Below are positions 47,615 through 55,929 of a DNA stretch of 64,000 bases, piece by piece. The first letter of the stretch is position 1, and the number at the start of each line of letters is the position of its first letter. The position numbers were made by a program, and so were the translations under genes. The DNA is from an uncultured Clostridia bacterium (GTDB taxonomy: Bacteria > Bacillota > Clostridia > Christensenellales > UBA1242), in the NCBI GenBank assembly GCA_934746715.1, contig CAKVFI010000003.1, positions 164,741 to 228,740 of the forward strand, given 5' to 3'. Below the pieces are notes generated by a model. It saw only the letters and a list, made by a program, of their open reading frames with translations, had not been told where the DNA came from and did not search any database.

Positions 47615-47650
47615 TATCTTTGCGCAAAAGAAGAGTTTTGCGCAAAGATA
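47615..47650. repeat. perfect 15-bp inverted repeat with a 6-bp spacer
   Basis: TATCTTTGCGCAAAA-GAAGAG-TTTTGCGCAAAGATA. Related 15-mers lie at 47059-47073 and, inverted, at 45321-45335. Confidence 0.95.
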
Positions 47651-47798
47651 TGTATGCAACTTTGTGCACTACTCTGTATTTATACACATTCAAGTTTTTG
47701 TGATTTTGTTTGTAAATTTATAATAACTTTCTTTGATTATATTACTTTTCTGCCCTATTAAGAGATTGATTATATTGCAAAGATTTTGTTGATTGTTG

Positions 47799-47826
47799 AT
47801 TGGTGTTGGCTCACCAATAATTTTTT
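47799..47826 (+). terminator. orphan plus-strand intrinsic terminator in the coding-free gap
   Basis: ATTGGTG-ttggct-CACCAAT-aa-T6. No annotated plus-strand gene lies upstream within 730 bp. Confidence 0.55.
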
Positions 47827-47842
47827 ATGATAATGCAATAGC

Positions 47843-47872
47843 ATAAAAAATGCCCAATTGAAATAATTGGAC
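47843..47872 (-). terminator. weak terminator after the ynbB-like gene
   Basis: Minus strand: CCAATT-atttc-AATTGG-gca-T6. The stem is only 6 bp. Confidence 0.35.
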
Positions 47873-47947
47873 ATTCCTACTATTGTTCAAATAATAAAAC
47901 GTAATTATAAACTCGTTTTAAGTTATTTATGTTAGTGTTGATAATTT

Positions 47948-49186
47948 TTAGATTAAACTTGCAATTGCATTTGTTAAACCAATTTTGCCATGAGCATAAC
48001 TTAATGAGCCTTGCAAATATCCTGCATATGGTGGACGGATTGGACCATCGCAACTCAATTCAATTGTGCTGCCTTGGTTAAAACTGCCACTTGCCATAAT
48101 TATTTGGTCTGCATAACCTTCCATATCGCATGGAACTGGCACTGTGTTGCTGTCTATTGCGCTGCCCTGTTGAATGCCTTTTACAAAGTTGATTAATTTG
48201 TTTGGTTCTTCAAATTTGATTACACACACAATGTCACTGATCGGTTGTGTTATGCTTGGTATTGTTTGGTAACCTAATGAAGAAATTGCCATGCTTGCCA
48301 AACGCACAATTTTAACACTTTGCGCCACAACGTGCGGTGCAGTAAAAATTCCTTGGAAAAACGCTTTGTAACCCAATTCATAGCCGCCAGCATCAAACCC
48401 CACTGCCGGGCTTGAAATTTGATAAGAAATCAATTCAAGTAAATCACTTTTGCCTGCTACATAGCCACCACATGGAGCAATGCCTGCCCCCAGATTTTTG
48501 ATTAAAGACCCAACAACAACATCTGCTCCAACATCAGTTGGTTCACGAGTTTCAGTAAACTCACCATAGCAATTGTCAACAAGGATTGTTGCATTTGTTA
48601 AAGTTTTAACTTCTTTAAGAACCTTTTCAATTTGTGAAATGGTTAAAGCGTTTCTCAATTCATATCCACGAGAGCGTTGAATATAAATCAAATCTGGATT
48701 ATGCTTTAATATAGCTTGTTTAACAGCTGGGATATCAAAGTCGTTATCCTTTAATTCAACTTGGTTATATTCAATGTTATAATCCTTTAAAGACCCTACA
48801 TTTTTGCCTTCTACGCCCCAAATAACATCGTGAAGAGTGTCATAAGGTGTGCCAGACAAACAAAGCATGTTTTGCCCTGGACGCAAAAGCCCCAACAAAC
48901 ATTTTGTTATTGCTTCTGTTCCGCAAGAAATCAATGGGCTAACCAATGCCCTTTCTGTGTGAAAAACGCTTGCAAAAACTTGGCAAAGTTTTTCTTTGCC
49001 CAAGTCGTTGTGCCCGTAGCCGTTGCTACCAGCAAAATGGTATGCTTGCACATTATTTGTGCCAAAAGCGTTTAGCACTTTTAATTGGTTTTCAAATTCT
49101 ATTTGTTCAATCTCAGCAAAAAGTGGTTTGCACTTTTCTTCTGCTGCATTGACTATTTCTATTGCTTTTTTGTTTAAATTAATCAT
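47948..49186 (-). CDS. methionine gamma-lyase family PLP protein (YnbB / aluminium-resistance-protein-like)
   Basis: YHFAGSNGYGHNDLGKEKL, GTEAI, VDNCYGEF, SLIKNLGAGIAPCGGY. Lies downstream of miaA as in other Firmicutes. Confidence 0.8.
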   Translation of the reverse strand: MINLNKKAIEIVNAAEEKCKPLFAEIEQIEFENQLKVLNAFGTNNVQAYHFAGSNGYGHNDLGKEKLCQVFASVFHTERALVSPLISCGTEAITKCLLGLLRPGQNMLCLSGTPYDTLHDVIWGVEGKNVGSLKDYNIEYNQVELKDNDFDIPAVKQAILKHNPDLIYIQRSRGYELRNALTISQIEKVLKEVKTLTNATILVDNCYGEFTETREPTDVGADVVVGSLIKNLGAGIAPCGGYVAGKSDLLELISYQISSPAVGFDAGGYELGYKAFFQGIFTAPHVVAQSVKIVRLASMAISSLGYQTIPSITQPISDIVCVIKFEEPNKLINFVKGIQQGSAIDSNTVPVPCDMEGYADQIIMASGSFNQGSTIELSCDGPIRPPYAGYLQGSLSYAHGKIGLTNAIASLI

Positions 49187-50081
49187 ATATAAACCTTTTA
49201 ATTTCTTCTTCTGCTTGCTGTTTGTTCAGCAAGAGAATGTTTGGTATTGTTTTTAAAAATGTAAGTTGTCTTTTACAATAATTTCTGTTGTGTTGTTTAA
49301 TCAATTCGATTGTTTTTTCTTTTGTTGTTTTGCCTTCAAAATAATCAAACCATTCTTTGTAACCAATTGAATTGAACGCTTGCATATCCCTTGTTGCTCC
49401 ATCAGCAATCAATGTTTTTACTTCATTTTCCAAGCCGTCTGCAAGCATCTGTTCCACTCTCAAATTAAGTTTTGAATATATTTGTTCTCTTTCAGCAACC
49501 AAGCCCACACACAACACATCAAAATCCTTTAAAGGACTTTCTGCTTTGTCTGCTTTAACTGTGCTTGTTGCCAATTCCAGATACCTGATAACGCGCTTGA
49601 TGTTGTTTGGATGCACTTGTTCTGCTTTGCTTGGGTCAACATTGTTTAAACATTCCCAAACATATTGATTGCCCTTTTCTTTTGCAAGTTCTTCATACTT
49701 TTTTCTAAATTCAAGATTGGCACTATTGCCCAAAGTGTATCCCTCCATAAGGGCTTTTATATACAACCCTGTGCCACCACAGATGATTGGCAATTTGCCG
49801 TGTTTTTGCACTGTTTTGATAACATTGCAGCAATCTTGAACAAATTCACCAACATTGTAATTTTGATTAAAATCTTTGATATCAATCAAATAATGCGGAA
49901 TATTTTGCATTTCTTGTTTAGTTACTTTTGCGCTGCCGATGTTTAATCGTTTGTAAATTTGCACACTATCAGCAGAGATAATTTCTCCATTAAATTCTTT
50001 TGCAATTTCAACTGCCAAGCTAGATTTTCCAGTGCCGGTTAATCCTGTTATAATAGCTATTTTATTTTTCATATTAAACAA
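49179..50081 (-). CDS. miaA: tRNA dimethylallyltransferase
   Basis: P-loop GLTGTGKSS, SADSVQIYKRLNIGSAK, IPHYLID, ICGGTGLYIKAL. Confidence 0.94.
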   Translation of the reverse strand: MFNMKNKIAIITGLTGTGKSSLAVEIAKEFNGEIISADSVQIYKRLNIGSAKVTKQEMQNIPHYLIDIKDFNQNYNVGEFVQDCCNVIKTVQKHGKLPIICGGTGLYIKALMEGYTLGNSANLEFRKKYEELAKEKGNQYVWECLNNVDPSKAEQVHPNNIKRVIRYLELATSTVKADKAESPLKDFDVLCVGLVAEREQIYSKLNLRVEQMLADGLENEVKTLIADGATRDMQAFNSIGYKEWFDYFEGKTTKEKTIELIKQHNRNYCKRQLTFLKTIPNILLLNKQQAEEEIKRFIYD

Positions 50082-51921
50082 TTCTTTTAAACCATTTTTC
50101 TATTTCTGTTCTGTTGATAATTGTTAAAACTGGACGCCCATGTGGGCACAACAAAACTGGATTTTTTTCGTCCAAATCTTTGAGCAAGGTGTTGATTTCC
50201 ATTTCATTTAATGTCATGCCTGATTTAACACTGCTTTTGCATGCTTTTTGCATCAAATAATGACGTATTTCATTATTCATTTTTGGTTTTAAATTGCCCA
50301 TATCATGCAATAAGTCGTCAACAAATGCCTTGATATTTATATCTTTAAGTTGCATTGGAATTGAAGTGATTTCAATTGTATTATCGTCAACTTTTAAAAG
50401 ATTAAAGCCAAGTTCTTTCAAATCTCCTTGCAAAGTGAGCAAATATTCAACTTCATTTGCTGTTAATTTAACCTCAAATGGCACCAACAAATCTTGAATG
50501 ACAATTTGCCTATTGTTAACCATTTTTGTAAATTTGTCGTAATTTAAGCGCTCATGTCCAGCATGAAAATCAAGCAGAATCATTTTGTCATTTTTTTCAA
50601 TAACCAAAAATTCATTAAACAATTGCCCTATCACTTTAAAATCAACAATCTGGTTGACATCTTTGTAGTCATTATTTTGCTCTATTTTTTCTTCAAAGTT
50701 GTTTTGCAATGGTTTGTCATCATAACTAAAGTTGGTTTGAGATTGTTGCTTAATTGAGCTTTCTTCTGGCATGTCAAATATGCTAAAAGGCTTAAAATTT
50801 GTTTGCTTTAATGTGTTTGTACTGTTTAAAATTGGGTTTACTATTGGCTCAATTTCAATTTCTTTCATGCTGTCAAGGTCAACCTTAATTAAAGGCTGTT
50901 CAACAGGCGTTTGCGACAATGGTTTTTGGCTGTTGTTTTGTGATTCATATATTGCCGAACGCACAGCACTGTAAACCAAATCATATATAGTGCTTGGATT
51001 TGCAAATTTGATGTTGATTTTGCTTGGGTGCACATTTACATCAACATCAATTGCTGGCATGGTTAAATTTAACACATAAAATGGGAATTGCCTTGTCATT
51101 AAATATTCTTCAAAAGCCATGTAACAAGCTTTTGAAACAATTTCATCAACAACATATCTGCCGTTTACCATAAGAGTTTGATATGTTGTGTTTGGTTTGC
51201 TGTAACCAATTTTTGAAACATAACCGGTGAGTGTGATATTTCCAACAGTTTTTTCAACTTGTATAATATTTTGTGCTGTTTCTGCACCATACACACAATA
51301 TATAGCGTCAAGCAAAGTTTTGCCAGTTGTTTTAAAGATTGTTTTGCCGTCTGCAATATAAGTGAAATCAACTGATGGGTGTGCCATAATGTAGCGAGAA
51401 ATGATGTTTGTTATTTGACTTTCTTCTTGCTTTGGTTTGTGCAAAAACTTTCTTCTTGCTGGAGTGTTAAAAAACAAATTGTTAACTTGAATTTTTGTGC
51501 CAGACACGCTTTCTGTTGGCTCTATTTCTCCAAATTTGCCGCCATTAACTTCCATTTGGTAAGCCAATTCATCTGCTTCAGTTTTTGTTACAATTTTTGT
51601 TTGTGTAACATTGGAAATGCTTGCCAAAGCTTCCCCACGGAAGCCAAGAGTTGAAATTGCATCCAAATCTTCTATTTTTGAAATTTTGCTGGTGGCATGT
51701 GGCAAAAATGCTTTGACGATATCTTCCCTTTCTATGCCTTTGCCGTTGTCTTTAATAGTAATTGAATCAATGCCACCATTTTTGATTTCAACCAAAATTT
51801 TATCTGCCCCAGCGTCCAGAGAATTGTCAACCAATTCTTTAACAATTGAAAAAGGGCTTTCAACAACTTCGCCTGCTGAAATTCGGTTGATAATCATGCT
51901 GTCCAAAATGTTGATTGACAT
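50074..51921 (-). CDS. mutL: DNA mismatch repair protein MutL (endonuclease type)
   Basis: GHKL N-terminus (ISAGEVVESPFSIVKELVDNSLDAG), C-terminal DFHAGHERLNY, ACKSSVK, CPHGRP. ATG 51921 lies behind GGAGA. Confidence 0.95.
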   Translation of the reverse strand: MSINILDSMIINRISAGEVVESPFSIVKELVDNSLDAGADKILVEIKNGGIDSITIKDNGKGIEREDIVKAFLPHATSKISKIEDLDAISTLGFRGEALASISNVTQTKIVTKTEADELAYQMEVNGGKFGEIEPTESVSGTKIQVNNLFFNTPARRKFLHKPKQEESQITNIISRYIMAHPSVDFTYIADGKTIFKTTGKTLLDAIYCVYGAETAQNIIQVEKTVGNITLTGYVSKIGYSKPNTTYQTLMVNGRYVVDEIVSKACYMAFEEYLMTRQFPFYVLNLTMPAIDVDVNVHPSKINIKFANPSTIYDLVYSAVRSAIYESQNNSQKPLSQTPVEQPLIKVDLDSMKEIEIEPIVNPILNSTNTLKQTNFKPFSIFDMPEESSIKQQSQTNFSYDDKPLQNNFEEKIEQNNDYKDVNQIVDFKVIGQLFNEFLVIEKNDKMILLDFHAGHERLNYDKFTKMVNNRQIVIQDLLVPFEVKLTANEVEYLLTLQGDLKELGFNLLKVDDNTIEITSIPMQLKDINIKAFVDDLLHDMGNLKPKMNNEIRHYLMQKACKSSVKSGMTLNEMEINTLLKDLDEKNPVLLCPHGRPVLTIINRTEIEKWFKRIV

Positions 51922-51940
51922 AATTTCTCCTTTTAAATGA

Positions 51941-54517
51941 CTATTTTGCAAGTTCGATTAATCTAACAAGTGTGTCAAACGCTACGAGTGGTGTTAAACT
52001 ATTTGGGTCAATTGATTTGAGTGTGTCAACAATTTCACTTTCCTTTTGTGCTTCGTTTGTAACTTTTGTTGACTCAAACTCTTTAATTAACTCTTTTGCC
52101 CTATTAATTATTTCTTTTGGCAAACCTGCCAAACTTGCAACTTCAATGCCGTAACTTTTTGTTGCACTTCCACGCATTATTTTGCGCATAAACACAAGTT
52201 GCCCGCCAATTTCTTTAATTGATATGCAAAAGTTTTTCACGCCGTCGTAAAGACCTTCCAATTGCATCAATTCATGATAATGAGTGGCAAACAAAGTTTT
52301 TGCATTAAGGTGTTTTGAAAGATATTCAACAACAGCCCAAGCAATTGACAAGCCGTCAAAAGTAGATGTTCCCCTACCCACTTCATCCAAAATAATCAAA
52401 CTATTGTTTGTTGCATAATGCAAGATATTTGCAACTTCAATCATTTCAACCATGAATGTTGATTGGCCAATGGACAAGTCATCACTTGCACCGATACGCG
52501 TAAAAATACGGTCAACAATGCAAATATCTGCTTTCCTTGCTGGCACAAAACTGCCAATATGTGCCATGTAAGTGATAAGTGCCACTTGGCGCATATATGT
52601 TGATTTACCAGCCATATTAGGACCAGTTAAAATCATGGTGCGTTGGTCTGATTCGTTCAATCTGCAGTCGTTGGCAATAAAATCTGTGTCGCGTTGCATT
52701 TTTTCAACAACTGGGTGTCGCCCCGCCACGATATCAATATCTTTCCCATTTGTGATGTTTGGACGATGATAATCGTTTGTGATTGCAACTGTTGCCAGTG
52801 AGTAAATGCAATCTATTTGAGCAATAACACGAGCAATTTGTTGCAAAACAGAAGCATTTGCAAGTATTTGTTCCTTAACTTGAGCAAAAATTGCTTCTTC
52901 CATGTTTAAAGCAGTTTCATGTGAAGAAAAAACTTGTTCCTCAAACTGTTTTAATTCTTCTGTAATGTAGCGTTCGCCATTTGCTGTTGTTTGCTTTCTA
53001 ACATATCTAAAAGGCACTTGGTCAGCATATTGTTTGCCAACTTCAATGTAATAGCCAAACACTCGATTGTGCCCTATCCTTAAAGTTTTTATGCCTGTGG
53101 TTTCGCGCTCTTGCGCTTCCATTTGAGAAATATAATTTTCTGCCTCATCTCTAATTGATTTGATGTGGTCAAGGTTGGCATTAAAACCGGGTTTGATATA
53201 ATTGCCATTTTTAAACAAAAGTGGCGGTTCATCAACAATTGTTGCATTAATCATGTCTGCAATTTCATGCACATCAACAAGTTGATTTGCCAAATTAAGC
53301 AAATCTTGATTGTTGTTGCTTAAAAGCACTTTTTTTATCATTGGCACTTGATAAAGTGATGTTTTTAACGCAACGCAATCTTTTGGCGAAAAACTGCCAT
53401 AGCCCACCTTGCCAACAATACGCTCAATGTCTTGCACTTGTTGCAAAGTTATCTTTAAATTGGCACGCAAAACGGTGTCGTTAACCAAACTTTCAACCAT
53501 ATTCAAGCGTTTGTCAATTTCTTGCTTGTTTTGAAGTGGTTGCCTAACCCAATTGCGCAACATACGAGAGCCAATATTTGTGCAAGTGTTGTCCAACACC
53601 CAAAGCAATGTGCCTTTCCTTTCGCCATCTTTTGTTTGTTCAATTTCCAAATTTCGCCTTGTGTTTGTGTCCAAGTACATAAATTCTTGGTCAAAAATCT
53701 TTTTGGGAAAATTTAAATGTTTTAAATCTCTTTTTTGTGTTTCTTGGAAATATGCAAGCAAAGCTCCAATTGCTTTAACACTTGGCTTGGAGTCAATGTC
53801 AAAGCCAGCCAAAGATTTTATGTTGTATTGTGTTAAAATTTGTTTTTCTGCATCAGCATAGTTAAATGCCCAATCAAAGTACTCTGAAAAACGATAACCA
53901 TCACGCAAAGAACAAACCAAATCCTTGCTTAATGTCATCATAAGTTTGTTGCATATGATTTCACTAGGCATAATCCTAACAATTTGGTCATTAATATATT
54001 CCGCGATGTTTGCGCCAGAATATTCTGCAACTTTAATTTCGCCAGTTGACAAATCACTATAAGCGTAAGATATTGTGCTCTTTTCTGCATATATACACAT
54101 TATGTACGAATTTTTACGCTCGTTTAGCATAGAACTTTCAACAACTGTACCGGGAGTTATAATGCGCACAATTTCACGCTGAACAAGCCCATTTCTTATT
54201 TCATCAGTTTGCTCACAAATGGCAACTTTGTAGCCACGTTCAATCAAGCGTTGAGCATACGATTCATATGCGTGAAAAGGGATGCCACACATAGGTGCGC
54301 GCTCACCAACGCCACAATCTTTGCCTGTTAGGGTCAAATCCAAAATTCTGCTGCCAACAACAGCATCGTCTAAAAACAACTCATAAAAGTCGCCCAAACG
54401 ATAAAATATAATGCAATCTTCGTTATTTTCTTTAATTGAAAGGTATTGTTTGATAACTGGAGATAACTTTTTGTTGTTTGAATTAAATATTTCTTTATTT
54501 ACGTAACTTTCAATCAT
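51941..54517 (-). CDS. mutS: DNA mismatch repair protein MutS
   Basis: PVIKQYLSIKE..FYRLGDFYELF, Walker A GPNMAGKST, DEVGRGTSTFDG. Confidence 0.97.
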   Translation of the reverse strand: MIESYVNKEIFNSNNKKLSPVIKQYLSIKENNEDCIIFYRLGDFYELFLDDAVVGSRILDLTLTGKDCGVGERAPMCGIPFHAYESYAQRLIERGYKVAICEQTDEIRNGLVQREIVRIITPGTVVESSMLNERKNSYIMCIYAEKSTISYAYSDLSTGEIKVAEYSGANIAEYINDQIVRIMPSEIICNKLMMTLSKDLVCSLRDGYRFSEYFDWAFNYADAEKQILTQYNIKSLAGFDIDSKPSVKAIGALLAYFQETQKRDLKHLNFPKKIFDQEFMYLDTNTRRNLEIEQTKDGERKGTLLWVLDNTCTNIGSRMLRNWVRQPLQNKQEIDKRLNMVESLVNDTVLRANLKITLQQVQDIERIVGKVGYGSFSPKDCVALKTSLYQVPMIKKVLLSNNNQDLLNLANQLVDVHEIADMINATIVDEPPLLFKNGNYIKPGFNANLDHIKSIRDEAENYISQMEAQERETTGIKTLRIGHNRVFGYYIEVGKQYADQVPFRYVRKQTTANGERYITEELKQFEEQVFSSHETALNMEEAIFAQVKEQILANASVLQQIARVIAQIDCIYSLATVAITNDYHRPNITNGKDIDIVAGRHPVVEKMQRDTDFIANDCRLNESDQRTMILTGPNMAGKSTYMRQVALITYMAHIGSFVPARKADICIVDRIFTRIGASDDLSIGQSTFMVEMIEVANILHYATNNSLIILDEVGRGTSTFDGLSIAWAVVEYLSKHLNAKTLFATHYHELMQLEGLYDGVKNFCISIKEIGGQLVFMRKIMRGSATKSYGIEVASLAGLPKEIINRAKELIKEFESTKVTNEAQKESEIVDTLKSIDPNSLTPLVAFDTLVRLIELAK

Positions 54518-55841
54518 CTACAACCACCCCAGACAATTTATGGTTTCTTATCCCTTCAACTCTAACGTTTGCAAAATAGTTTTCGTTGTTAAATTTGTAA
54601 CTTGGCAAATAAATTTCTCTTCCGCCGTCTGTCAACCCCATCGCCACGCCATTGTGTGTTTTGATGAGGCAATTATAGGTTTTGTTTATTGTTTTAACCA
54701 TCAAATCTTTTTGAATAAGCCTTTGTTTTTTAAGCAAGTTGTTCACTCTTCTGTTTTTTGTTTCTTCATCAATTTGGTCAACAAAACTTGCAGCTGGTGT
54801 TCCAGCCCTTGGAGAATACATAAACGCAAACACTTGGTCATATTTAACCTTTTTGAGTAATTTTAAGGTTTGATTGTAGTCCTTTTCTGTTTCACCAGGG
54901 AAGCCAACAATAATATCAGTTGAAAGTGAAATATTTGGCATTGCATGTTTAACTTTTTTGATAATTTTGTAATAGTGCTTGATGTCGTAATGCCTATTCA
55001 TCCTTTTAAGCACTTTTGTGCTGCCAGATTGCACTGGCAAATGAAGTGCCTTTGCAACTTTATCTTGCTCTTTCATCACCTTAATCAAATCCAAATCAAA
55101 ATCCATTGGGTGTGAGGTCATAAACTTGATTTTAAAGTCCCCTTCAATTTTGCAAAGTTCATTAAGCAAAGTTGCAAAATTGGTTTGAGGAGTTAAATCC
55201 TTGCCATAAGAGTTAACATTTTGCCCTAACAATGTTATATACTTGTAATTTTGCTTTTGAACAAGGTTTTTAACTTCATTGTAAATGTCAGCCATAGGTC
55301 TGCTTGTTTCACGCCCACGAACATATGGCACAATGCAATAAGTGCAAAATTTGTTGCAACCATAAATGATGTTAACATAGGCATTAACTTTGTCATCACG
55401 CACGCAAGTTTCAGTTTCCATGCCATTGATTGGTGCATCAACAATTTCAACAATGCGTTTGCGGTCAGCAAGCAAGCGTTTTAAATATTCTCCCAGCATA
55501 TTGATGTTGTGTGTGCCAATAACAATATCAACAAAAGTTAAGCGCTTTTTAAAGTCATATTTGCCATTTTTTTGTTGAGGCATGCAACCACAAACAACAA
55601 TAATTCTGTTTGGGTCTTGTTGTTTCCACTTTTTTAATGCAGCGATGTTGCTATATGCTTTGTCTTCTGCCCCTTCTCTAATGCAGCAGGTGTTAAAAAG
55701 AACCATTGATGCTTGATTAACATCATCGGTTTCCGCCATTCCAAAAGTGGACAAAATGCCACGAAGTTTTTCACTTTCGTGCACGTTCATTTGACAACCA
55801 TATGTTTCGATATGGTAAAATTTTCCATTTAATTCTTTCAT
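54510..55841 (-). CDS. miaB: tRNA-2-methylthio-N6-dimethylallyladenosine synthase MiaB
   Basis: YGCQMN, radical-SAM CNKFCTYC, TRAM C-terminus. I take the start at ATG 55841 (MKELNGKFY), because the track's TTG at 55877 coincides with the -35 hexamer. Confidence 0.94.
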   Translation of the reverse strand: MKELNGKFYHIETYGCQMNVHESEKLRGILSTFGMAETDDVNQASMVLFNTCCIREGAEDKAYSNIAALKKWKQQDPNRIIVVCGCMPQQKNGKYDFKKRLTFVDIVIGTHNINMLGEYLKRLLADRKRIVEIVDAPINGMETETCVRDDKVNAYVNIIYGCNKFCTYCIVPYVRGRETSRPMADIYNEVKNLVQKQNYKYITLLGQNVNSYGKDLTPQTNFATLLNELCKIEGDFKIKFMTSHPMDFDLDLIKVMKEQDKVAKALHLPVQSGSTKVLKRMNRHYDIKHYYKIIKKVKHAMPNISLSTDIIVGFPGETEKDYNQTLKLLKKVKYDQVFAFMYSPRAGTPAASFVDQIDEETKNRRVNNLLKKQRLIQKDLMVKTINKTYNCLIKTHNGVAMGLTDGGREIYLPSYKFNNENYFANVRVEGIRNHKLSGVVVDD

Positions 55842-55877
55842 ATCATACATTATAAACAAAATCGGCAATATTTTCAA
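55842..55877 (-). promoter_or_regulatory. promoter fused to the start codon (leaderless geometry)
   Basis: Minus strand: TTGAAA (55877-55872), 17 nt spacer, TATAAT (55854-55849), 7 nt, ATG 55841. No SD. Confidence 0.7.
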
Positions 55878-55929
55878 CTAAAATATTACAATTTAAATTA
55901 TTTTTCTACATTTTGCAAATAATACATTG

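Noticed and set aside
47511-47650. Chromosomal replication origin (oriC), based on the DnaA boxes and AT-rich DNA
   Set aside because: There is no dnaA or dnaN nearby, and the flanking genes converge on the region instead of diverging from it. Only three boxes are present. It is kept as a DnaA-box cluster finding instead.
47566-47703. 45-codon ORF (MWKKLGLSTQNIVYF...) in the coding-free gap
   Set aside because: It has no SD and no fused promoter. It runs straight through the DnaA boxes and the perfect palindrome. Its composition looks like translated AT-rich non-coding DNA.
49179-49186. Missing hfq between miaA and the ynbB-like gene
   Set aside because: miaA and the ynbB-like gene overlap by 8 nt, so there is no room for hfq here. 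Absence from this locus does not show absence from the genome, so it is not reported as a finding.
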